30,107 bases of DNA from a virus. Its lineage: Duplodnaviria > Heunggongvirae > Uroviricota > Caudoviricetes. The stretch covers positions 1-30,107 of IMG/VR virus record IMGVR_UViG_2698536535_000005; one strand, written 5' to 3'. Within the stretch, counting starts at the first letter, position 1. Each line of letters begins with the position of its first letter. Position numbers and translations under genes: made by a program. This document shows positions 7,644 to 15,122 of this stretch, in pieces. Under the pieces are notes generated by a model. That model ran no database searches. It was not told the DNA's origin and saw only the letters and a program-made list of their open reading frames with translations.

Positions 7644-9445
7644 AAAACGCACCGAGTCTAAAATATCAGCCGAAGGATAAATTCACTGAGGTAATCATTT
7701 TTGCCGGGACGGATGCTTACGCCCATGCTCAACACTGGATTGAAAGTGAAGGACGAAAACACGGCGATAACGTGCCTCCTGTTTACCTGGGGCCAAAGCA
7801 ACTGGCAGACCTGGCGAATATCCGCATTATTGACGAGAAACGCCGTTTTGCGCGTGTCTATATCGCGGGGGAGATAGAGCCAATCCAGATCAATACTATC
7901 GCTGAAAAGCTGGCGCTGGCTGGCGTACAGGAGGCGAAATTATACAAAGGTATCACCGACCAGGAACCGGAGAACTGGCGCGACTACCTGCAACGGATCC
8001 GCGAACAGGCTGAGCACGGGGAAGTTTCAGTGATGAAATTAGCTACAAAAAATAGTGGTCTACCCAAGCCTGCATTAAATCAGATGGGAGCCAGCCAGAG
8101 AGGGGAAGTGTTACTTGAACATTATGGAGGAGCACTGGCGATAAATGATGATTCTGATGTAGTTCACCATTACAACGGAATTGTTTGGGAGCCTGTATCT
8201 GATAAGGAACTCCAGCGGTCTATGGCGAAGATTTTTATTGATGCCGAAATTAGTTATTCGCAAAACGCCATTAAATTTGCCGTAGAGACAATGAAATTGA
8301 GTCTACCTGTTATGGGGGGAGCGGACAGAAATCTTATTGGGTTCAGTAACGGTGTTTTTGATATCAGGACAGGAAATTTTCGGGAACACAACAAAAATGA
8401 CTGGTTGTTAAATGCCAGTGAATTACCGTTCAGCCCGCCAGAAGAGGGGGAAACGCTGGCAACACATGCGCCGAATTTCTGGAAGTGGTTGCGTCGTTCG
8501 GTGGCGGATAATGCTCGTAAAGCGGATCGCGTACTGGCGGCATTATTCATGGTACTGGCGAACCGGTACGACTGGCAGTTATTCCTTGAGGTAACGGGGC
8601 CGGGCGGAAGCGGTAAAAGTGTGATGGCGGAGATTTGTACCATGCTGGCGGGTAAGGCCAACACAGTATCGGCAAGCATGAAGGCTCTGGAAGACGCAAG
8701 GGAACGCGCGTTAGTAGTTGGCTTTTCGCTGATTATCATGCCGGATATGACTCGCTACGCTGGCGATGGTGCAGGAATTAAGGCAATTACTGGCGGCGAC
8801 AAGGTGGCAATTGATCCGAAACATAAAGCCCCCTACTCCACACGTATTCCGGCAGTAGTGCTTGCGGTAAACAATAACGCCATGTCATTCAGTGACCGAA
8901 GCGGGGGGATCTCGCGTCGTAGGGTGATATTTAATTTCTCTGAGGTCGTACCGGAGAACGAACGCGATCCCATGCTGGCGGAAAAGATAGAAGGCGAACT
9001 GGCGGTAGTGATTCGCCATTTGCTAACACGATTTACCGACCAGGACGAAGCTAAAAGACTACTTTATGAGCAGCAAAAATCAGAAGAAGCGCTGTTGATA
9101 AAGCGCGAAGGTGATTCACTGGTGGACTTTTGCGGCTATCTGATGTCGTTGGTTAAATGTGAAGGAATGATGGTGGGCAATGCGGAAATAGTGCCATTTA
9201 GCCCGAGGCGATACCTGTATCATGCTTATTTAGCCTATATGTCAGCGCATGGCCTGGGAAAACCAGTATCACTGACACGCTTTGGTACTGATATGCCAGG
9301 AGCTATGGCGGAATACGGAAAGGAGTATAAGCGGGCTAAATGCACTAAAGGCCCGGATAAAGGGCGAGTGATAACAAATGTTCTGTTAGATGATGATGCT
9401 GATGGCTGGTTGCCAGCAGCTACAGGGATTAACGACAGAACATAA
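7640..9445 (+). CDS. P4-family phage/plasmid primase-helicase (C-terminal P-loop NTPase domain)
   Basis: 601-aa ORF, GTG start after GGGAGG; Walker A VTGPGGSGKS and downstream Walker-B-like hydrophobic-DM stretch; overall resemblance to P4 alpha C-terminal / pri-rep proteins of satellites; iteron array immediately downstream. Confidence 0.75.
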   Translation: MKNAPSLKYQPKDKFTEVIIFAGTDAYAHAQHWIESEGRKHGDNVPPVYLGPKQLADLANIRIIDEKRRFARVYIAGEIEPIQINTIAEKLALAGVQEAKLYKGITDQEPENWRDYLQRIREQAEHGEVSVMKLATKNSGLPKPALNQMGASQRGEVLLEHYGGALAINDDSDVVHHYNGIVWEPVSDKELQRSMAKIFIDAEISYSQNAIKFAVETMKLSLPVMGGADRNLIGFSNGVFDIRTGNFREHNKNDWLLNASELPFSPPEEGETLATHAPNFWKWLRRSVADNARKADRVLAALFMVLANRYDWQLFLEVTGPGGSGKSVMAEICTMLAGKANTVSASMKALEDARERALVVGFSLIIMPDMTRYAGDGAGIKAITGGDKVAIDPKHKAPYSTRIPAVVLAVNNNAMSFSDRSGGISRRRVIFNFSEVVPENERDPMLAEKIEGELAVVIRHLLTRFTDQDEAKRLLYEQQKSEEALLIKREGDSLVDFCGYLMSLVKCEGMMVGNAEIVPFSPRRYLYHAYLAYMSAHGLGKPVSLTRFGTDMPGAMAEYGKEYKRAKCTKGPDKGRVITNVLLDDDADGWLPAATGINDRT

Positions 9446-9472
9446 TACGAAATTTATAAGCTGAAACGTAAA

Positions 9473-9811
9473 GGTAGACGGTTGGTAGACAGATTCACTT
9501 AACCCTCTACCAACCATCTACCAATTAATATTTTGAATTATAAAGATATTTTCAATGTGGTAGAGAGGTAGACAGTTATTTCTATATTCCTAAACCACGG
9601 GGGGTATATAAAAAACAGATAGTTAAGGGGGTATTTTTTAAATTTCTCTTTTAACTGTCTACACTGTCTACCATTTAGTAAAAATCATTAATTATCAATG
9701 TATTAATGCGGTAGACCGTTGGTAGACAGTTTGCAGATTGTTTTTTTGTTATGTGTTAATAACATTAAATAAATCAATCAATTATATCGGTAGACAGTTG
9801 GTAGACAGTTG
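9473..9811. repeat. iteron array, putative replication origin of the element
   Basis: At least ten copies of GGTAGAC(AGTT) in both orientations (e.g. 9473, 9484, 9567, 9708, 9721, 9788, 9800; inverted at 9504, 9515, 9655, 9664) interspersed with AT-rich stretches, directly 3' of the primase gene. Confidence 0.7.
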
Positions 9812-9816
9812 TAACG

Positions 9817-10359
9817 ATGGGGCAAAGCATGACTAAGCTGACCATTAACAGAAAACCAAAAGGTATTTACGGCACGCCACAGAAAACGACGCAGGCGGCA
9901 CAGGAGCAGGATAAAACCACATCGGCGCATAAAGTGATGCCCGGTAACCAGAAAGCGCAGCAGAAGCCTACAGGGGCGACACCGTGGCGGCATATGACCA
10001 AACGCCAGCGCAAAAACCGCAGGCGCGTTAACCGCCTCACTGAGTTGTGGCCTGACTTATTCAGCCGGGAAGCACTGAAGCCGCTTAAGGTGGGGATATT
10101 CGACGACCTGATGCAGGATCTCGCCGTCAGGGGGCTGGCATTCGGGCCAGGGGCATTGCGTGCGACGCTGGCATCTTATGCGCAGTGTCCGCGCTATTAC
10201 CGCGCCTTAATGGCTGGTGGGGTACGCTACGACCTGAAAGGCCAGCCGTGCGGCGAGGTGACACCACAGGAACAACAGGACGCAGAAACGCGGCTGGTGG
10301 CGCTGAATGAGAAGCGCAAACGCCAGCGCCGGGCAGCAAAGGAGACAATAGGCGCATGA
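9817..10359 (+). CDS. FinO/ProQ-family RNA-binding protein
   Basis: Central region ALKPLKVGIFDDLMQDL...LRATLASYAQCPRYYRALMAGGVRYDLKGQPCGEVTPQE aligns by eye with the E. coli ProQ N-terminal FinO domain (PLKIGIF, LR.AL..Y, RY, R.DL.G.PCGE). Confidence 0.6.
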   Translation: MGQSMTKLTINRKPKGIYGTPQKTTQAAQEQDKTTSAHKVMPGNQKAQQKPTGATPWRHMTKRQRKNRRRVNRLTELWPDLFSREALKPLKVGIFDDLMQDLAVRGLAFGPGALRATLASYAQCPRYYRALMAGGVRYDLKGQPCGEVTPQEQQDAETRLVALNEKRKRQRRAAKETIGA

Positions 10360-10643
10360 TTCACGACAGCAAAGCGGAAGCACTGGAAGCGCGTGGTCTG
10401 TACCGGAGAGCGGCGGCGCGGTGGGCTGAGGTCATCATGCTGGCGAATGATGACAAGGCACGGGAACAGGCGGCAAAACGTCGCGCGGAATGTATCCACA
10501 AGGCAGCATGCCCACCAGCAAGGCAGGATAATTTCGGGGAGATGCGCGAAACCATCAGCCGGGCACATGCCGGGATGGGATTACATCAGCCCAATGGTGA
10601 GGCATTCAGGAAATACCAAAAAAAGAACAATTGTAGTCAGTAA
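10356..10643 (+). CDS. PerC-like small transcriptional regulator (tentative)
   Basis: 95-aa ORF with AAGGAG Shine-Dalgarno; N-terminus MIHDSKAEALEARGLYRRAAARWAEV resembles the PerC/Pch family N-terminal pattern as I recall it. Confidence 0.4.
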   Translation: MIHDSKAEALEARGLYRRAAARWAEVIMLANDDKAREQAAKRRAECIHKAACPPARQDNFGEMRETISRAHAGMGLHQPNGEAFRKYQKKNNCSQ

Positions 10644-10777
10644 CAGAGGATGGGATTCTCTTGGTTTTTTGTTGATGCTTTCTGAGGAAATCTACTACGT
10701 TGCTGAGCAGATGAATATTCAATTGCATCTGGGTTCCTGATAAGATTAATCTGAATATTTTCATTTGGAATAGGGAT

Positions 10778-11920
10778 ATGAATAAAACTTTAATTGCAAC
10801 ATTAGTCGGTATAGTAATGTTAACCGGATGTGGGCCAGAAGAGTTAACTCCAGAACAGAAACAGGAAGTAGCGGCTCTTAAAGCTGAACTGTCGCAAACG
10901 GAAGGTGAAATATCAGCAGCTAAGGAAGTTGACCAGCAGTTTTCTGGTGGGTTGATAAAAAATCTGACAACAGCAAGACTGGAAATATTAGGAACTAATA
11001 AAGCGCTTTTGGAACAGCGTATTAATGCTATTGAATCAGGTGCCAAAATTGATGTTGTTGTATCTGGAGTAAAACCTGATCCTGAGCTTGCGGCTTCAAT
11101 TAAAACTGAAATTGACAGCTTAGATGCAAAAATCAACGAAGCCAAAGCTGATGCTCGTCAGTATAGTGGTGGTCTGATAAAGGTACTAAAATTATCTACT
11201 GTTGCCACTGAAGAGCAGACCATGGCAATGTTGCAGCAAAAGTACCTCACAGCCAAGTATGGCCTCGCTGAAGTTAAGCTGGCATCAGTACAAGCTAATG
11301 ACGCAAAAAACAGTACTGAAACGGAAGTAACAGCCAAAAATTCCCAAGAGCAACTTCCTTTACTCCCGCCAGCGGATGGTCCGTTTGGCTTAGAAGCCGG
11401 TCTTACACAGAAAAACATCGAAGATATGATCGGTGCTAAGCTCAAGCCACTACCAGACAGTGTGAATCTGTATACTTCTGATAAATTACCGAAGCAAAAC
11501 GCAGATTTTGAAATGTATGGTTTGCTGATCTCCCCGAAAGCTGGTTTATGTCAAATACGGGCTTTAGGAAAAAATATTGATACTGATAGCTATGGATTGG
11601 CTCTTAAATCCAAGTTTGAAGAATTGAGTAATTCTTTAAGTTCTCTGTATGGAAAGGCTGATACTACAGACTTTTTGCTGGCTGGTTCAATTTGGAAAGA
11701 TCCTCAGGACTGGATGAGGGGGCTAAACAAAAAAGAACGCTTCTTATCTGCCACATGGAAGGGAACAAAAGAAATACCATTAAAAAACAATATCGATACT
11801 ATCTCTATTGAGGCCAGAGCGAACAATTCCACTCAGGGATATGTCTATCTGCAGTACTCATTTACAAATGACGAAATTTGTCAGGCAGAAATTGAAGGGG
11901 CGAAAAAAAGTTCCCTTTAA
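10778..11920 (+). CDS. lipoprotein with coiled-coil region and internal repeat
   Basis: Signal peptide MNKTLIATLVGIVMLTGC with LTGC lipobox; repeated motif QFSGGLIKNL / QYSGGLIKVL; AT-rich; intrinsic terminator directly downstream. Confidence 0.7.
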   Translation: MNKTLIATLVGIVMLTGCGPEELTPEQKQEVAALKAELSQTEGEISAAKEVDQQFSGGLIKNLTTARLEILGTNKALLEQRINAIESGAKIDVVVSGVKPDPELAASIKTEIDSLDAKINEAKADARQYSGGLIKVLKLSTVATEEQTMAMLQQKYLTAKYGLAEVKLASVQANDAKNSTETEVTAKNSQEQLPLLPPADGPFGLEAGLTQKNIEDMIGAKLKPLPDSVNLYTSDKLPKQNADFEMYGLLISPKAGLCQIRALGKNIDTDSYGLALKSKFEELSNSLSSLYGKADTTDFLLAGSIWKDPQDWMRGLNKKERFLSATWKGTKEIPLKNNIDTISIEARANNSTQGYVYLQYSFTNDEICQAEIEGAKKSSL

Positions 11921-11931
11921 ACAATCCGTGC

Positions 11932-11960
11932 AAAGCCCCTTAGTAAGGGGCTTTTATATA
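11932..11960 (+). terminator. intrinsic terminator
   Basis: Perfect inverted repeat AAAGCCCCTTA/TAAGGGGCTTT (11932..11954) followed by a T-rich tail. Confidence 0.55.
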
Positions 11961-11984
11961 TTAATGTTCAACGGGGGGGATTAG

Positions 11985-12308
11985 ATGAAAGATAATCTAG
12001 AAAAACTAATTGAAAATACTTTAAAAGATATTCTATTAGCTAATGCTGCTCTAACATTCATTTTTGCAATACCAATGGCTATTATCAGTAGGCATGGGAT
12101 GGGTATCACAATCTGGTTTATAACTGTGCTCATTGCACCTGCTCTGTGTGCAGTAGGTGCATGGCTTGTATCTCGAACATTCGGTCATGCTGAGGAGTTC
12201 TTTCATCGTCGGTGGGCTAAGCGAATCTATGTTTTTTATACTCTTGCGGCTGCCGAGTTTTTGCTTGTGTACTCAATCGCGCAAATAATGAAAAATCTGA
12301 TGAAATAA
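11985..12308 (+). CDS. small integral membrane protein
   Basis: 107-aa ORF with two or three long hydrophobic segments (ALTFIFAIPMAIIS, ITIWFITVLIAPALCAVGAWLV, IYVFYTLAAAEFLLVYSI); G-rich Shine-Dalgarno. Confidence 0.5.
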   Translation: MKDNLEKLIENTLKDILLANAALTFIFAIPMAIISRHGMGITIWFITVLIAPALCAVGAWLVSRTFGHAEEFFHRRWAKRIYVFYTLAAAEFLLVYSIAQIMKNLMK

Positions 12309-12711
12309 TTAACAAGTTATTATCATGGGGTTTGTGGCTGTTAACCTGCAGTGAGGCGACAATCGTGTATTTATAAAAACTTCCCCTTTTCACTCCCCGC
12401 TGTTTCTTCTGCTATTTCCTTTATGTTTGCATGCAGCAACATCTACCATACCTTTGCAGAAAAATCAGAGCATTTAGTGCCGAAGGTTGGTTTATTGATG
12501 CTTTTTGTTTCATTTATTGCAATTATTGTCATTCAGAAGGGATCATCATGAAAAATCACGGAGTAAAGCCAGTTTTACTTTCCCGGGGGCAGATCGAAGC
12601 CCTGTAACGTATCCAGGCCGAAAAGCGTCAGAAATCTGTGCTTGGTGTGGCACCGTCGATTCATGTTATTGCCCGGCAACTGATGGATAAGGCACTTAAA
12701 GAGGTGAGGCT

Positions 12712-12984
12712 GTGAAATTAAATATCAGTGTGGATAAACGCCAGCTATGGCAGAAAAAAGAGAACAGCGAGGCATTCAGGGCTTTGCTGGTGGAAAATCT
12801 TCGGCACCGGTTCAGTGGAGAGTTGCCTGATGCACTGGGGAAGAAACTGGAATCCCTGACGGTGGAAATTGGCGATTATGGCTTTGTTGATGTTGAAAGC
12901 ACGACTGCCAACACAGAAATCGTAAAGCAGGTCGTCAATGATGTAATGAAAACCACGCTTAGCCAGCCATCCTGGCGCAACTGA
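12712..12984 (+). CDS. hypothetical protein
   Basis: 90-aa ORF with GTG start after GAGGTGAGG; no recognisable motif. Confidence 0.35.
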   Translation: MKLNISVDKRQLWQKKENSEAFRALLVENLRHRFSGELPDALGKKLESLTVEIGDYGFVDVESTTANTEIVKQVVNDVMKTTLSQPSWRN

Positions 12985-13083
12985 ATCAGTAAGGGGCGGT
13001 TATTGCCCCTTTCCTCCATACCCACAACGCATTCCCTTTTCGCATGAAATTATTTTTTATCGTATATGCATGAGGTGAGTTAC

Positions 13084-13608
13084 ATGTTGATGAGTAAAGC
13101 CGAATACGCCAAATACAAAGGCGTAAGCCGCCAGACAGTTTACGACTGGATCGAGAAAGGCGAAGTGATCATGTCTGGCAAAAAAATTGATGTGGAGGCG
13201 ACAGAGCAGCGGAACAGCCCACCGGCACAGGGGAAAGACACCGTTTCTGAAATGTGGCCAGAAAGAACGCTGGAAATGACGTGGGGCGAGTTCTGGAAAG
13301 CAGTTAAGGCCAGAGACGGTAAAATCCCTGCGCCAGTAACGGACGACGACATACAGCAACGTGTGCTGGATGCAGCCGGGGAATTAGACTGGGAAGTGCA
13401 ATTTCTTGATGATGGCGGGATTTGGATGGATGACGGCGATGCTGAGTTTTATTTCGAGCAATATGATCTCAGGCAGAATGCCGAACTGGTGATTGGTACG
13501 CTGCGACGTGAGGTCTGTTATGTGGCTGATGCTTGTCCTGACGAGCTGGATAACTGGAGCGAAGCCGGACTAAACGCCCTGGCTGCATGGGAAAAAACAG
13601 GTCATTAA
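13084..13608 (+). CDS. HTH DNA-binding protein with acidic C-terminal domain (possible small-terminase-like or regulatory protein)
   Basis: Start taken at the ATG preceded by GAGGTGA (track ORF starts 13066); N-terminal MSKAEYAKYKGVSRQTVYDWIEKGEV is a phage-type helix-turn-helix; repeat array immediately downstream. Confidence 0.55.
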   Translation: MLMSKAEYAKYKGVSRQTVYDWIEKGEVIMSGKKIDVEATEQRNSPPAQGKDTVSEMWPERTLEMTWGEFWKAVKARDGKIPAPVTDDDIQQRVLDAAGELDWEVQFLDDGGIWMDDGDAEFYFEQYDLRQNAELVIGTLRREVCYVADACPDELDNWSEAGLNALAAWEKTGH

Positions 13609-13615
13609 CGGCCGC

Positions 13616-13821
13616 AAAAAGTGTCAAGTTGAGCAGCTTGCCAGGTTGGCACTTTACACTCTGAACACGAAAAAGTGTCAACCTCGCTGTAAACCCTGCC
13701 ATTACTGGCCTTGAGCCATATTTACCACGCCAGAAACCCGTGAAAACCGCGAAAAGTGTCAAGTTGTCATGCTTAGAAATGCCAGGGTTTTTCGCGAAAA
13801 AGTGTCAAGTGTGTCAACCTG
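13616..13821. repeat. array of AAAAGTGTCAA boxes (putative protein-binding sites)
   Basis: Five GTGTCAA cores at 13621, 13675, 13756, 13803 and 13811, most preceded by an A-run, between the HTH gene and the next small ORF. Confidence 0.6.
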
Positions 13822-13850
13822 CGATATTAAGATTTCCTAAGGTGTAAACC

Positions 13851-14045
13851 ATGACCATCACCGAAGCCGATTTGCTGGATATAGTGCGCAGCGTGGCTGG
13901 AATTAGCGAATTGCCAAAGAAAGCCAGATTTGCCGATTATGCGGACGTGGTAGCTGCTGCAATGCAGCTAGAAGATCATGCTCCGAATGAAGGAGATTTG
14001 CTGCATATCCGCATCCGATCGGCGGCGATACTGGCAGCCCGTTGA
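13851..14045 (+). CDS. small hypothetical protein
   Basis: 64-aa ORF; weak support only. Confidence 0.3.
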   Translation: MTITEADLLDIVRSVAGISELPKKARFADYADVVAAAMQLEDHAPNEGDLLHIRIRSAAILAAR

Positions 14046-14399
14046 CGCCACCAGCATAGAGAGAACGCCGTGCCTTACGAGTGGAAGAAACCGGACATGC
14101 TGCGGCGATAACCCGTTGATTAAAAGACGGCTCAAAATTGAGCCGGGTAGCAGTTTGTCTGATTTATGCGTTTAGTTGTTGATATTGCCGATGACGAAAA
14201 ATTGCACTCTGTAGCTAGTGGGCGTTTATGTTGAAAACTGCCGATTCTGATAGGCTTTTATCATGCACTTGCATGAAAACTGCTCTGTGTAGCGGGCAGG
14301 CCTGCTGGGGAGAGCATTGCGCGCTTTAGTAGCAATAAAACACATCAATAAGGCTTTTTATTTTCTTGTATTATAAAATTATACTTATTATCTTGTTGA

Positions 14400-14429
14400 T
14401 TGACAGATAAAAACAAGGGATATGCATAA
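14400..14429 (+). promoter_or_regulatory. candidate sigma70 promoter for the 14433..16852 operon
   Basis: TTGACA (14400..14405), 18-bp spacer, CATAAT (14424..14429); so close to the ATG that either the transcript is near-leaderless or another promoter is used. Confidence 0.25.
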
Positions 14430-14432
14430 TAA

Positions 14433-15122
14433 ATGAACAAATCACCTACTGAGATAATTAATATGCTAAGCGATAAGTTCAATAGTAACTTTCGTGAATG
14501 GCAGGGCATACAAGATAAAAAATTAGATAAAGTAATTATCTCAATTTTCACTCTTAACACGATTGCTGAAATTTTGAATAAAAAGAAAACATCAGTTCAT
14601 CATGATGTTTGTATTAAAATTTTTAGTGAGATTATTGCTGATACGTCATCTTCTTTATATCTTTCTGCCTGTGCCATAGATAAACCAGCTAATATTGTTC
14701 TAAGGAGAGTTTTGGAACTAGGTGTCGCATCTATTTATCTTTGGGATATGCCTCATGTTGTATATTCTTGGAAAAATCATGATGAAGACTTAAGTTTCAG
14801 TGATATGTTGAAGCATATAACAAATCAAGGCTATATAGACTACTTCACAGAAAATGAGAAGATAGGAGGGAAAGTATGTGTTATTGATATGAGAAGAGCA
14901 CAGAAAATTTATGGACAATTAAGTGATATCGTTCATGGAAAAATAACCTCATTTGAAACTGATTTGCCTAATAAGTTCACTTTTGAAAGTGAAGATTGGG
15001 AGAGGTTCATAGGTCTGGCTGAGGTTGTTTTGGGTATGATAATTAATTCCAATATTGTTCGTCATAAGATAAGAAAAGAAGTGCTATCTTCATTTCCTAA
15101 ATCTAGTGAGGTAGTTTTATAA
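14433..15122 (+). CDS. hypothetical protein, component A of candidate two-gene system
   Basis: 229-aa ORF, strongly AT-rich; stop overlaps the start of the downstream ATPase gene (TAATG); no recognisable catalytic motif. Confidence 0.7.
   Translation: MNKSPTEIINMLSDKFNSNFREWQGIQDKKLDKVIISIFTLNTIAEILNKKKTSVHHDVCIKIFSEIIADTSSSLYLSACAIDKPANIVLRRVLELGVASIYLWDMPHVVYSWKNHDEDLSFSDMLKHITNQGYIDYFTENEKIGGKVCVIDMRRAQKIYGQLSDIVHGKITSFETDLPNKFTFESEDWERFIGLAEVVLGMIINSNIVRHKIRKEVLSSFPKSSEVVL

Noticed and set aside
8254-8739. ORFs 8254..8739 (minus) and 8412..8594 (plus, alternate frame) inside the primase gene
   Set aside because: Embedded in the primase coding sequence, which has clear Walker motifs in its own frame.
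9473-9811. Possible CRISPR array given the many short repeats
   Set aside because: Repeat units are only ~7-11 bp, occur in both orientations with irregular spacing, and have no uniform spacer pattern; this is an iteron origin, not a CRISPR array.
10127-11145. Minus-strand and alternate-frame ORFs (10127..10357, 10227..10568, 10361..10555, 10393..10740, 10606..11145)
   Set aside because: Overlap the FinO-like, PerC-like and lipoprotein genes on the opposite strand or in another frame; Arg/Ser/Cys-rich low-complexity products.
12351-12690. ORFs 12351..12551 and 12505..12690
   Set aside because: No convincing ribosome-binding sites and overlapping frames; the region more likely holds the interrupted small ORF at 12548..12711 or non-coding DNA.
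13057-13762. Minus-strand ORFs 13057..13359, 13140..13352, 13469..13762
   Set aside because: Antisense to the HTH gene and to the GTGTCAA repeat array; low-complexity products.
14433-15122. HEPN-like (Rx4-6H) nuclease motif in component A of the candidate system
   Set aside because: Arg and His residues are present (for example RRAQKIYGQLSDIVHGK and VRHKIRK) but none has the canonical R-x4-6-H spacing; the effector class stays unassigned.
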